Assembly (NCBI GenBank): GCA_938002955.1
Contig: CALLAA010000050.1
Location: 7,177-71,176, forward strand
Source: an uncultured Acidimicrobiales bacterium
Lineage (GTDB): Bacteria > Actinomycetota > Acidimicrobiia > Acidimicrobiales > SHLQ01
Length of the DNA stretch: 64,000 nt
Reading direction: 5' to 3'
The notes beneath the pieces are model-generated. The model saw only the letters and a program-made list of their open reading frames with translations, was not told where the DNA came from and did no database searches. Below are positions 19,611 to 29,123 of this stretch, in pieces (positions within the stretch are counted from its first letter, which is position 1; each line of letters begins with the position of its first letter). Made by a program: the position numbers and the translations under genes.

Positions 19611-20920
19611 ACCGGTCGCTCGATCTGTGGGGATGGGGCGACGAGCCGTATCGAGGCCACCCGCAATCGGTCCATGGCAACAACTTCGAAGCGCCACTCC
19701 TCGCACGTGAACCGTGCGCCGGGAGACGGGATTCGACCGAGTTCGTCGAGGACGAAGCCAGCGAGGGTCTCGTATTCCCCTTCGGGCATCTCAAAGCCGC
19801 ACGCATCGAGAACCTCGTCGTGATGCAACGCACCCGAGACGAGGTAGGTCCCCTCGCCTTCGACCGTGGTCAGCGTCGTTGGCGGGCTGTCGTACTCGTC
19901 GTCGATCTCGCCGACGATCTCTTCGAGGATGTCCTCGAGGGTGATGATTCCAGCGGTTCCCCCATGCTCGTCGACGACGACGACGAGGTGGTTGCGGGAC
20001 TCCCGCACTCCTTGAAGTAGCACGTCGAGGTCGACCGACTCGGGGATGAACACCGGTTCGCTCATCAGGTCGGTCACCGGTGTCGTCGCTCGTGCGTCTC
20101 TGGCGACCCCGTGGATTGCCTTGATATGGACAACACCGAGTACGTCGTCTGCGTCGTCGCCGTACACGGGGAAGCGGGATCGACCCGACCGTGTCGCGAG
20201 ATCGACGAGGTCCACGCCGGTGGCGTGACGGTCGAGCGCCATGACCTCGACTCGCGGAATGAGCGCTTCGGCGGCGGTCTTATCGCTCAGACGGATGCTG
20301 CGGGTCAATAGTGCAACATCTTCCTGATCGAGTATTCCTTCTTCGCCAGACGTGACGATCAGCCGACCGATCTCATCGAGCGAACGAACGTGTTCGAGTT
20401 CTTCGGCGGGTTCCATCCCGAGGCGGCGAACAATAGCGTTCGCGGCTGCGTCGAAGCCCAAGATGATCGGCTTTGCAACCGTTCCCCATGCAACGATTGC
20501 GGGGCCGAGCAGAATCGACACGTCGAACGGCCGGTCGATTGCGATCGTCTTGGGGACCAACTCGCCGACGACCATCTGGAAGACGGTCGCCAACGCGACG
20601 GCCAAGACGACGGCCAGTCCCGAGATCGCCGCCCCGCTCATGACCCCGCCGAGCACCCGCTCGATCTGGCTTGCGAGCGTGGGTTTCGCGATGAAGCCGA
20701 GGATGAGCGTCGAGCCGGTAATGCCGAGTTGCGCTCCGGACAGATGGTACGAGAGGTTGCCCACCAGTTTTTGCACACGGGTGGCCGATCGGGAACCACG
20801 TTCGGCTTCTTCGTCGATTCGCGATCGGTCGACGGCGATCAAACCAAATTCGGCGGCGACGAAAAAGGCATTCGCCGAGATGAGCAGTGCTACTGCCAGG
20901 AAGCCAAGTGTGGTGCCGAT
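19607..20920 (-). CDS. CNNM/CBS/CorC (hemolysin-family) protein; apparent ATC start
   Basis: NAFFVAAEF first TM lies upstream of the track start; AQLGIT, GELVPK, CorC YETLAG; no ATG/GTG/TTG between the in-frame thiN stop and TM1. Confidence 0.88.
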   Translation of the reverse strand: MGTTLGFLAVALLISANAFFVAAEFGLIAVDRSRIDEEAERGSRSATRVQKLVGNLSYHLSGAQLGITGSTLILGFIAKPTLASQIERVLGGVMSGAAISGLAVVLAVALATVFQMVVGELVPKTIAIDRPFDVSILLGPAIVAWGTVAKPIILGFDAAANAIVRRLGMEPAEELEHVRSLDEIGRLIVTSGEEGILDQEDVALLTRSIRLSDKTAAEALIPRVEVMALDRHATGVDLVDLATRSGRSRFPVYGDDADDVLGVVHIKAIHGVARDARATTPVTDLMSEPVFIPESVDLDVLLQGVRESRNHLVVVVDEHGGTAGIITLEDILEEIVGEIDDEYDSPPTTLTTVEGEGTYLVSGALHHDEVLDACGFEMPEGEYETLAGFVLDELGRIPSPGARFTCEEWRFEVVAMDRLRVASIRLVAPSPQIERPV

Positions 20921-20947
20921 GGCGCAGACACTAGCGTGGGCGAGCTG

Positions 20948-21604
20948 TCAGTGGTCGAGTGCGCAGATCGTTGGCCGGATGACCATGAGCGCACCGGCGT
21001 CGACGCGAATCGAGGCGTGTTCGCGAAGGAACTCGTTGCTGACGCCCCGGGTGCTGGCCTTGTCGAGTGTTTCTGCGTCGAGCTCCCACCGAAGGCCGGT
21101 CGTCGAGACGCCACCGGCGTCGCCAAATCGTGGCAGCAGCGACACGAGGTCACCGGGTTCACCGGTGAGGTCGATAGCCGCATGGGTGTCGGCGTGGAGG
21201 ACCGTTGCCCATCCGGCCATCGTGTGCACGTCGACACGAGCCGAGCGCTGGCCGCACAGCGTGGCCCAGTTGCCAAGTTCGTGATCGAGCCGACCGCCGT
21301 CTACCCCAACCGCAACGATTCGATCCACCCCGGTGTGTTCGGCGCGTTCGAGTGCGAGCTCGAGGTCGGTGGCATCTTTGTCGGCTGGGTGTTCGAGCAC
21401 GTCGGCGCCCTCGGCGCGTGCCCATGCCAGGTCGCCGTCGGAGGCAGAGTCGAGGTCTCCGACGACGAAGTGGATCGGGAGGCCGTGGGTACGGGCGATC
21501 CGAACACCGCCGTCGGCGGCGATAATCACCTCGGCTTGATCAGCCCCGTCGAGAAGCCGCTTATCGGGGATGGTGCCACCGACGAGAACGACTGCAAAGC
21601 TCAT
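20948..21604 (-). CDS. thiN: Thiamine diphosphokinase
   Basis: AADGG, VGDLDS, KDATDLELAL, GGRLDH, GVSNE. Confidence 0.93.
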   Translation of the reverse strand: MSFAVVLVGGTIPDKRLLDGADQAEVIIAADGGVRIARTHGLPIHFVVGDLDSASDGDLAWARAEGADVLEHPADKDATDLELALERAEHTGVDRIVAVGVDGGRLDHELGNWATLCGQRSARVDVHTMAGWATVLHADTHAAIDLTGEPGDLVSLLPRFGDAGGVSTTGLRWELDAETLDKASTRGVSNEFLREHASIRVDAGALMVIRPTICALDH

Positions 21605-21660
21605 GTTGCAAGGCTAGTAATGCCGCGTCGACGACGCACGACGACGAGACGTCGGTCTGG

Positions 21661-22374
21661 TTACGGTTCGGGCAGGTATTCGATCGGCACAGCGAGCGTG
21701 ACGCCACTGCGGGCTTCTCGTCCAACGATGATGGCAATGACTTGGCCATTCGCGTCGACGACTGGGCCGCCGGACCATCCGGGTTCAACTGCCGCTGTGA
21801 TGACGTAGACATCGGGACGGCCAATCCCGTATCCGGCACCGGAGGTTCGACTGATAATTTCCCCCGTGACAACTTCGATCCGTCCGTTCTCGGGAATTCC
21901 AGCAAGGGCCACCGTCTGGCCGACGTAACCCGAGCGTGGAGACACCGATAGCGATTCAGGGAGCTGGTCGGCGGCGACGGCGGCAAGATCGTGCAGTCGG
22001 GAGATAGCGATTGTGTCGAGGTCGAGTTGTTCGGTCGCTGGATCGCCGAGCAGTGCGCCTCGGGCATCGATGAGCGCATGGGCTACCGAAGCGATACGTC
22101 CGTCATCGAGCTGGAATGCGGTACCGCGCTGAAGCACGTTGTTTGCGTCGGTCGAGAGCCGAGCGATCGCATTGGTGTTGACCGAATCGGCACCGGCAGC
22201 CACGACCACCGCCGGTGCCAACTCGACATCCGGCAGAGCCGGATCCGACGTTGGGGTATCGTCGGCGGAGGCAACACCGAACATCACAACAACAAGAAAT
22301 CCAAATGCCATACCAACCAGCATTTGCATCTTGAGGCGCTTTGAGGCGCCTAGGCGATGACGCGTTACCTCCAC
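21661..22374 (-). CDS. Trypsin-like (S1) serine protease, exported or membrane-anchored
   Basis: His (VAHA), Asp (HDLA), Ser (GWSGGP) triad; N-terminal hydrophobic segment; start uncertain. Confidence 0.8.
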   Translation of the reverse strand: MEVTRHRLGASKRLKMQMLVGMAFGFLVVVMFGVASADDTPTSDPALPDVELAPAVVVAAGADSVNTNAIARLSTDANNVLQRGTAFQLDDGRIASVAHALIDARGALLGDPATEQLDLDTIAISRLHDLAAVAADQLPESLSVSPRSGYVGQTVALAGIPENGRIEVVTGEIISRTSGAGYGIGRPDVYVITAAVEPGWSGGPVVDANGQVIAIIVGREARSGVTLAVPIEYLPEP

Positions 22375-22427
22375 ACGAAAAGGAGTACCAGCCTTGTGGT
22401 CGGCACTTCATGGGCAATACGGCCTTG

Positions 22428-22513
22428 CGGTGTCGGCGCAAGTCCAACAAGGTCACCGAGAGCGGAGCTCGCGGAGCGAACCGCGGTGCGACGGACGGTG
22501 TCGGCGCAAGTCC
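22428..22513. repeat. Two 18-bp direct repeats with hairpin core
   Basis: CGGTGTCGGCGCAAGTCC at 22428-22445 and 22496-22513. Confidence 0.75.
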
Positions 22514-22519
22514 GACATG

Positions 22520-22708
22520 TTATTGAAAGTCGAGGTGCAGGTGGTCGTCTTCGCGTAGGGCGAGGGCGCTGCGGAGGCCGTGTCCGGGTTCGCCGCAGAT
22601 CCAACATCCGGTGTCGTCTTCGGCGGTCCAGGCAACTTCGCACGTGAGGCAACGGAATCGGACGCGTTGTTGTGCGAGGAGCGGTGTGGAGGAGGTAAGC
22701 GCCGGCAT
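22520..22708 (-). CDS. Small zinc-ribbon protein (62 aa)
   Basis: FRCLTCEVAW...CWICG, two CxxC pairs. Confidence 0.6.
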   Translation of the reverse strand: MPALTSSTPLLAQQRVRFRCLTCEVAWTAEDDTGCWICGEPGHGLRSALALREDDHLHLDFQ

Positions 22709-22742
22709 ACCGAGAGCATCGGCAATACCGAAGCAGATGTAA

Positions 22743-22828
22743 GCACCCCAAGCAGCCGAGACCAAAGCGAACTTCGACCCCCAAGGCACCCCAAGCAGCC
22801 GAGACCAAAGCGAATTTCGGCCCCCAGG
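22743..22828. repeat. 43-bp tandem duplication downstream of tRNA-Val
   Basis: GCACCCCAAGCAGCCGAGACCAAAGCGAAYTTCGRCCCCCA at 22743 and 22786. Confidence 0.85.
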
Positions 22829-22860
22829 GCCGAAATTTGACGCAATGCGAAGCATTGCCG

Positions 22861-22934
22861 TGGGCCATACTGGACTTGAACCAGTGACCTCTGCCGTGTG
22901 AAGGCAGCGCTCTAGCCAGCTGAGCTAATGGCCC
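22861..22934 (-). tRNA. tRNA-Val (anticodon CAC), CCA not encoded
   Basis: GGGCCATTAGCTCAGCTGGCTAGAGCGCTGCCTT-CAC-ACGGCAGAGGTCACTGGTTCAAGTCCAGTATGGCCCA folds as a cloverleaf. Confidence 0.96.
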
Positions 22935-22952
22935 GGGATGGTGAATCTAGCG

Positions 22953-23693
22953 CTAGTTGTCGGGAACGGTGTTGCTGCTGCCGGGAATCATCCGGGCCCA
23001 GCATAAGAAGAAGTCTTGGTCGGGGTCCTTCAATGGTTGGGTGTTCTCGGGGCAGTTGCCGGCGTCGGGGGCGGTGCTGGTGACCTGCCCGTCCGAGGTG
23101 CCCGATGCGCACGACCGTTCGCGTGGCGAGTTACCAACGAGGGCGAAGCAGTCGCCGATGTCGAGCTCGGCGTTGTTTTCGACCGCGGGGCGGCGGGAGT
23201 CGTCGCCGTTGTTCCCCGCAAAGGCGGTCACGATCAGGATCCCGAGTACGAGTCCGAGAACGAGCAATACCGGCAGTGACGCCCAGACGCTGACCGAGCC
23301 GTCTCCTGGCTCGTCATCGATGGAGCGGGTAGCTCGCTGCTGGTTGCGTGGCGCTCCGGTGCTTGCGGCGGCTTTGGGCCGGGTGTTTTGGGTTCGCTGC
23401 TGGGCGGGCGGTGTTTTTGGCGGTTGGGTCGGCTGCTGGCGTGGCCTGGTTTGGTTTGTTGAGCTTCGCGGTTTGAGCGATTTGTCGTACTCGGACTTTT
23501 TCTTTGGATCCGACAGCACGTTCCACGCGACGTTTACGAGCTGCATGGCCTGTTCGGCTTTGCGCGCCTCGGCGGGAGATCGACCTTGCTGACGGTCGGG
23601 GTGTAGTGCTCTGGCGCGCCGGAGGTACGCCTTGCGGATCTCCTGGTTGGTCGACCCTGGCTTTACGCCGAGGGTGTCGTAGTAACTGGCCAT
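22953..23693 (-). CDS. J-domain membrane protein
   Basis: YYDTLGV...LHPD J-domain, Pro/Gln linker, one TM, four-Cys C-terminal domain. Confidence 0.87.
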   Translation of the reverse strand: MASYYDTLGVKPGSTNQEIRKAYLRRARALHPDRQQGRSPAEARKAEQAMQLVNVAWNVLSDPKKKSEYDKSLKPRSSTNQTRPRQQPTQPPKTPPAQQRTQNTRPKAAASTGAPRNQQRATRSIDDEPGDGSVSVWASLPVLLVLGLVLGILIVTAFAGNNGDDSRRPAVENNAELDIGDCFALVGNSPRERSCASGTSDGQVTSTAPDAGNCPENTQPLKDPDQDFFLCWARMIPGSSNTVPDN

Positions 23694-23763
23694 CGCAACC
23701 TGAACAGTATCGCTTGCACCGGCCCTAAACAGCGTCGGCCGGGGACCGGCTACTCTCGTGCGT

Positions 23764-24075
23764 ATGGCTCTGATTGCGTGTGCTCAGTGCGGCGAGGAAG
23801 AGAACCTCGATGGTGAGCGAGACGGTGAGACGATCACGATTACGTGCGCGGCGTGTGGCCTCGTCTGGGATCGGGACCTGACCCCGACGTGCACGACGTG
23901 CGGGTCGACCGAGGTTCGCCCGGCGTTCCAGGCCATTGTCGACAAGAGCCGCGGTACGCAACTGTCTATTCAGTCGATGCGACTTCGATATCTCTGCCCG
24001 GAGTGCGAGCCAGAGCTTCTCGCCGACTATCTCGCCAGCAAGTCTCCCCTTCCGCCCGACGAGTTGCCCTACTGA
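23764..24075 (+). CDS. Multi-CxxC zinc-ribbon protein
   Basis: CAQC, CAAC, CTTC, CPEC; leaderless TACTCT-7nt-ATG. Confidence 0.8.
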   Translation: MALIACAQCGEEENLDGERDGETITITCAACGLVWDRDLTPTCTTCGSTEVRPAFQAIVDKSRGTQLSIQSMRLRYLCPECEPELLADYLASKSPLPPDELPY

Positions 24076-25388
24076 GCTGGCGGCGTTTCGGCGAGCAGCT
24101 CAGCCGCCACGATCTCGAGCCCGGCCGATCTCGAACCCTTGATCAAAACCGCGGTGTCGGCGTCGACCGGGCCAATGGCTGCGATCACGTCGGATGTCGA
24201 CGCTTGGCCATAGAGCTCGGTGCCGACGGTGATGAGTTGTGCCCCGGTCGCACGTGCTGTTTCGGCGATGTTGCGGTGGTCGTCGGCTTCGCTTTCGCCG
24301 AGCTCTCCCATGTAGCCGAGGACGGCGATCTTGCGTGTTTGCGGTAGCCGGTCGAGGGAGTCGAGCGCTCCCGCCATCGACGTCGGGTTTGCGTTGTATG
24401 CGTCGTTGATGATGAGCGCACCGGTCGGGGTGTGCCGCACTTCCATTCGCCACGGAGAGACCTGGGCCTGACTCAACCCGGCTTCGACATCGGCGATACC
24501 AACGCCCAGCCATAGCGCTGTCCCTGCGGCTGCGGCGACGTTGGTTGCCATATGCGCACCTCGAGTGGACGGTCGGGCGGTGACCGTCCCCCACTCGGTG
24601 TCGAGCACGAAGGTTGCGCGTAGCTCGTTATCGAGTACGACCGATCGGATGTGGATCGCGGCGCCCGGTGTTTTCCCGAATGTCAGAATCGACGCGTCGG
24701 TGCGGCTGGCCATTGCCGTGACGAGCGGGTTGTCGTGATTGAGCACGGCGAGACCACTGGCCGGGACGGCTTCAATGAGTTCGCCCTTTGCGATGGCGAT
24801 GTTCTCGATCGAGCCGAACTCACCGGTATGGGCGGCCGCGACGGTGGTGACCATGCCGATCGTCGGCGAGGCCACGTCGCAGAGCTCCGCCACGTGTCCG
24901 ATACCTCTCGATCCCATCTCGATGATCGCCGCTTCGCTGCCTTCGGGCGTGTTGATCAGCGTGAGCGGCACTCCGATTTCGTTGTTGAACGACTTGACTG
25001 ACGCATGTGTCGCCATCGTGGTTCGCATTGCGCCGGCGAGGAGATCCTTGGCCGATGTCTTGCCTACCGAGCCGGTGATGCCGATGACCGGGCCCTCGAT
25101 TCGTTGGCGGGCAGCGCGTGCGAGATCTCGGAGCGCATCCATCGTGTTCTCGACGACTACTCCCCCGGCGACCGGTGTCGGTCCGTGCGTGAGATAGCCA
25201 CCGGCGCCTGAGGCCATGGCGGCCTCGATGAAGTCGTGACCGTCGCGTGCAGCGACGAGCGGAACGAACAGCTGCCCGGTCTCGATCGAGCGACTGTCTT
25301 GGGTTGCGCCATCGATTGACCGGGTGCCGGACTCGACCTGACAGCTCCCGCTGGTGATCTCGGCGATTTGTTGAATAGTGAACTGCAC
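24069..25388 (-). CDS. murF: UDP-MurNAc-tripeptide--D-Ala-D-Ala ligase
   Basis: DSR, GITGSVGKT, SFNNEIGVP, DAYNANP, KGSR; leaderless TACGCT-6nt-GTG. Confidence 0.95.
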   Translation of the reverse strand: MQFTIQQIAEITSGSCQVESGTRSIDGATQDSRSIETGQLFVPLVAARDGHDFIEAAMASGAGGYLTHGPTPVAGGVVVENTMDALRDLARAARQRIEGPVIGITGSVGKTSAKDLLAGAMRTTMATHASVKSFNNEIGVPLTLINTPEGSEAAIIEMGSRGIGHVAELCDVASPTIGMVTTVAAAHTGEFGSIENIAIAKGELIEAVPASGLAVLNHDNPLVTAMASRTDASILTFGKTPGAAIHIRSVVLDNELRATFVLDTEWGTVTARPSTRGAHMATNVAAAAGTALWLGVGIADVEAGLSQAQVSPWRMEVRHTPTGALIINDAYNANPTSMAGALDSLDRLPQTRKIAVLGYMGELGESEADDHRNIAETARATGAQLITVGTELYGQASTSDVIAAIGPVDADTAVLIKGSRSAGLEIVAAELLAETPPAQ

Positions 25389-25503
25389 ATCCGCAGCGTA
25401 GATCCGAGTCGATGAAAGACGCGGGAGGGCCTTGTCGCTTCGGCGGTGAAGCATTCAGAGCGCGGCAAGTCGTCATCGACGTCGCACAGCTACTCTGTGT
25501 GCG

Positions 25504-26553
25504 ATGACGAATTCCAGCGCTCCATCTCGTTTGCTCGTGCTCTTTGGCGGACAGTCCGCCGAACACGACGTTTCGTGTGTCACCGCAAAGCATGTGCTCG
25601 ATGCGGCCCGGCGAGACCGGTACGACATCGTGCCCGTCGGCATTAGCCGGGATGGCCAGTGGTCTCTCGCCGAATGGTCGTCCGACCTCGAATCGCTCGA
25701 TCCGTCGGGCACTCCGGTCGACCCGTTCACGATCCTTCGCGAGACGGCGGTCGCCGGTGGCGCTGTGCTGCCGTTGCTCCATGGCCCGATGGGTGAGGAT
25801 GGCACGCTGCAGGGCTTGTGTGAGATGGCAAACGTTCCATACGCCGGCTCCGGAGTGCTGGGAAGTGCGTTGGCGATGGACAAGATCGCCGCCAAGAACG
25901 CCCTGCTGGCGGCCGGGGTTCCTCAGGCTGCCTGGTTTGGGTTCAATGTCGACGAGATCACCGACGCCACGGCCACCAATTTGCTCCGGGAGCTCGGCAG
26001 CCCGGTGTTTGTGAAGCCGGCAAATATGGGTTCGTCGGTCGGCGTGAGTCGGGCCGAAACCGTCGAGGAGACAAAGGCAGCGTTGGATCTTGCGGCGTCC
26101 TATGACGAGTGGATTGTCGTCGAGGAGGCAATCACTGGCCGCGAGATCGAGATCAGTGTCCTTGGCAACCGGTCGCCGAGGACCTCGCTGCCTGGCGAGA
26201 TCGTCGCTGGCGCTGACTTCTACACCTACGAGGACAAGTACCACGACGGTGTCGCCAAGCTCGTGATTCCGGCGCCGCTCGACGATGCCGAGATTGCCGA
26301 GATGCAGTCGATCGCTGTTGATGCGTACCGGGCGCTTCGGGTGGAGGGCTTGGCGCGTGCCGACTTCTTCTATGAGCCCGCTGGTCGGGGCTGGCTGGTC
26401 AATGAGCTGAACACCATGCCGGGGTTCACGCCGATCTCGATGTATCCAAAGATGTGGCAGGCTTCGGGACTCGAGTATCCCGACCTCATCGATGAACTCG
26501 TCGAGCTCGCCTACGAACGCGACTCCAGACGCAAAAGAAACACAACGCGTTAG
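25504..26553 (+). CDS. ddl: D-alanine--D-alanine ligase
   Basis: FGGQSAEHDVS, LHGPMGEDG, GSSVG, NELNTMPG. Confidence 0.96.
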   Translation: MTNSSAPSRLLVLFGGQSAEHDVSCVTAKHVLDAARRDRYDIVPVGISRDGQWSLAEWSSDLESLDPSGTPVDPFTILRETAVAGGAVLPLLHGPMGEDGTLQGLCEMANVPYAGSGVLGSALAMDKIAAKNALLAAGVPQAAWFGFNVDEITDATATNLLRELGSPVFVKPANMGSSVGVSRAETVEETKAALDLAASYDEWIVVEEAITGREIEISVLGNRSPRTSLPGEIVAGADFYTYEDKYHDGVAKLVIPAPLDDAEIAEMQSIAVDAYRALRVEGLARADFFYEPAGRGWLVNELNTMPGFTPISMYPKMWQASGLEYPDLIDELVELAYERDSRRKRNTTR

Positions 26554-26564
26554 AAACACCGCTG

Positions 26565-26769
26565 CGAAAACGCTCTCCCACTCAGCGCGCAAGAGCCGCC
26601 GCTGCGGGCAAACACCGCCTCAGGCGCAAAGCCTGCGTGGCGAATGAACGCTCCCCGCCTTTCGCTCCGCTCACTAACCGCCTTTTCTCCACTCCGCTCC
26701 GAAAACGCTCTCCCACTCAGCGCGCAAACACCGCCTCAGGCGCAAAGCCTGCGTGGCGAATGAACGCTC
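26565..26769. repeat. Composite intergenic direct repeat (REP-like)
   Basis: 28-bp module at 26565 and 26700; 46-bp module with CAGGC-GCAAA-GCCTG hairpin at 26608 and 26724. Confidence 0.85.
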
Positions 26770-26845
26770 TCCCCGAAGGGGAGGGTATGTAGTTCGATGA
26801 GTGCCGCCAAAATCGGCGGCGGAGCCGCTGGCGGCATTGGTCGAA

Positions 26846-29113
26846 CTACCAGCCGCCGGAGCTGCCTCCGCCGAAGCCTCCGCCTCCGCCGCCCCAGCCT
26901 CCTGAGCTGCCGCCGCCGAAGCCACCGCCGAAGCCTCCGCCTCCGCCGCCTCCCCAGCCGCCGCCTCGATGTGAGCGACCTCCACCGTGACCGCGGAAGC
27001 CTCCACCGCCGATGATGATGCCTCCGCCGAAGCCGCCACCGAAGCCGCCGCGGTTGTTGTGGCGTTGACGGCGCTGCGCTTCGCGGTAGAGCTCGTCGGC
27101 GGTTACTTCGACCTGTTGGGCTTCGCGGATAGCTTCACGAGGGTCGGTTTCGAGTGCTGATTGGGCGCGGTTGAGGTTGACGCGCAGGCGGTCGATCGAT
27201 GCCTGCGCTTCCTTTTCTCGGCGTCCGGAGAACATATGGCTTTGGACATGGCGGTCGGCTCGGTCGAGCGCGACGGTCGCTGAGCGGATCTCGCTTTCGG
27301 CTTGATGACGAACGCGTTCGCGTTCACCGACGGTGGTCTTGAACTCGTCGAGTTCGGTATTGACGATCGATTCGACCTGGCCAGCGAGTTCCATTGCTCG
27401 GAGGTAGTCGGGCGGGTTGAGACGTAGTGATTCTTCGGCGGCGCGCTGGATGTCGACGAGGCGTTGAACGGTCTCGGGCGCCCGGCTCGGGACGTCGTTG
27501 CGGTGTTCGGCGACATAGTTCACGAGCAGCTGGGCGTCGTCGGCCGAGGCAGCAACGGCGCTGGAGGCTCCGCTCTTTGCTGCGGCCAGCAGAACGTCGA
27601 GTTCGTCGAGTTCGTCGAGAAGTTCGTCGGCAAGGTCGACCGAGGTTTGGGCCTTCTCGAGCTCGTCGTTGACCATTCGCATGGCGCCAAGATCTCGGGG
27701 GATGTCGCCGAGCGACTCCGCCTTCAGCAGGCTTTGTTCGGCGCGTGCGAGTTGCCGGTCGGCTTCGTCGGGGTGGCCAAGCACATCGTCGAACGAACTC
27801 GACGCATGAGCGGCCGTCCAGTTGTGCATCGTGGCGCGTAGTTGCATGACACGCCCGCGTTGGCCTTGAATTTCGGGCGCCATGTTCGAGCGGCGAACGC
27901 CGGTTTCTGCGTGGTGGTCTTCGAGTTCTTCGAGGTCACCGGCAACCGATGCAATCTCTTCGGCGATCGGTTCGAGGTCTTTACCCATGGCATCGACATC
28001 GATGCGCATTGCGAAGGGGTCGAGCAGGTCGAGGGCCGCGGCGAGTTCGGCGAGACGTTGGCGGCCCGAAGCAATCTCCCAGCCTTCGTTGGCCCGCTCC
28101 TCGGCAGCGTTGAGCCCGGAGGCGATTCGCTCGCTCGCAGCGCGATGCTGGGCTGCGAGCGCGTCGGGTTTGCCACGCAGGTCGTCGATCACGGCTTCGA
28201 GTGCGGCGAGTTTGGTCTCGGCGTCTTCGGCATAGCTCACCGCGTCGGCGACGTGTCCCTCGACGGTCGTTTGATCTTCGATGCTGTATCCACCAACGTC
28301 ATCTGGCGTCACTTCGCTCACAGGTGACCACGCTTCGTACAGCGCTCGTGACGCCTCTGCGGCCGCGAGTTGAGCGGCGTTAAGCCGGGCCATGGCGCCG
28401 CCGGTGATTCGACCGCCGGCAATCGTCGCTTCCTGCTCGAGGTCATACCAGCGGGCCTGAATATTGGTGACGCGGTTCGACGACTCGGCGAACCGATCGG
28501 CGGCGACTTCGCCCCGGGACGTTCGTGTCCGGTTCTTTGTATAGATCCACGCACCACCTCCGACGAGTGCGGCGGTACTGAGGATTCCGCCCGCGAGCGG
28601 CGCCGTATAGCTCGTCGGCGTGGTGCTGAGTCCCTCGACCGTTCCGCCAACACCACTCGACAGGCCGGCGCTGATTTCGCCATTCGCGAAGAACACGTTC
28701 ATTCTGCCGACGATGTCGTTGGAGTCGTCGTCGAGCCGTTCGTCGAGGTCATCCCCATAGGCGACGACGGTGTGCCGGTCGCCGGTCGATACGGCGAGGA
28801 GCACCGTGTTGTCAGCCACGTTTCCCGGGCTATCGAAGACGGCGGGGCATTCGGCTCGGACCTGGCCAGCGAGACGTGAGTCGAGGCTGCCGCTACCGGC
28901 GATGATCTCGTCGGTCGCAAACACGGCAAAGTCGACGCCGGTCTCCTCCTCCGCGGATTGAATTGCGGCCCGAAGGCCGGACTCGTCGGCCAGGGTGCCC
29001 AAGTCGTCGGTCAAGTCACACGCATCGACCTGAGCGCCAGCCGTGGACGGCATCAGGACGCCGAACATCACCGCGAGACATGCAATACCCGAATACAACC
29101 AGCTTCTTGCCAT
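26846..29113 (-). CDS. TPM-domain membrane protein with coiled coil and Gly-rich tail
   Basis: Signal peptide, TPM-like domain (VLLAVSTGDR), TM, long helical region, GGGFGGGSSGGW end; leaderless TAGGGT-7nt-ATG. Confidence 0.8.
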   Translation of the reverse strand: MARSWLYSGIACLAVMFGVLMPSTAGAQVDACDLTDDLGTLADESGLRAAIQSAEEETGVDFAVFATDEIIAGSGSLDSRLAGQVRAECPAVFDSPGNVADNTVLLAVSTGDRHTVVAYGDDLDERLDDDSNDIVGRMNVFFANGEISAGLSSGVGGTVEGLSTTPTSYTAPLAGGILSTAALVGGGAWIYTKNRTRTSRGEVAADRFAESSNRVTNIQARWYDLEQEATIAGGRITGGAMARLNAAQLAAAEASRALYEAWSPVSEVTPDDVGGYSIEDQTTVEGHVADAVSYAEDAETKLAALEAVIDDLRGKPDALAAQHRAASERIASGLNAAEERANEGWEIASGRQRLAELAAALDLLDPFAMRIDVDAMGKDLEPIAEEIASVAGDLEELEDHHAETGVRRSNMAPEIQGQRGRVMQLRATMHNWTAAHASSSFDDVLGHPDEADRQLARAEQSLLKAESLGDIPRDLGAMRMVNDELEKAQTSVDLADELLDELDELDVLLAAAKSGASSAVAASADDAQLLVNYVAEHRNDVPSRAPETVQRLVDIQRAAEESLRLNPPDYLRAMELAGQVESIVNTELDEFKTTVGERERVRHQAESEIRSATVALDRADRHVQSHMFSGRREKEAQASIDRLRVNLNRAQSALETDPREAIREAQQVEVTADELYREAQRRQRHNNRGGFGGGFGGGIIIGGGGFRGHGGGRSHRGGGWGGGGGGGFGGGFGGGSSGGWGGGGGGFGGGSSGGW

Positions 29114-29123
29114 GCCTCGGACC

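Noticed and set aside
22861-22934. tRNA-Val as an active island integration site
   Set aside because: No integrase, and I saw no duplicated tRNA 3' end in the window
22743-26769. Repeats at 22743 and 26565 as CRISPR arrays
   Set aside because: Only two units each, no unique spacers of regular length, no cas genes
26846-27050. GCCGCC-rich low-complexity tract
   Set aside because: Explained by the Gly-rich C-terminal tail of the TPM protein
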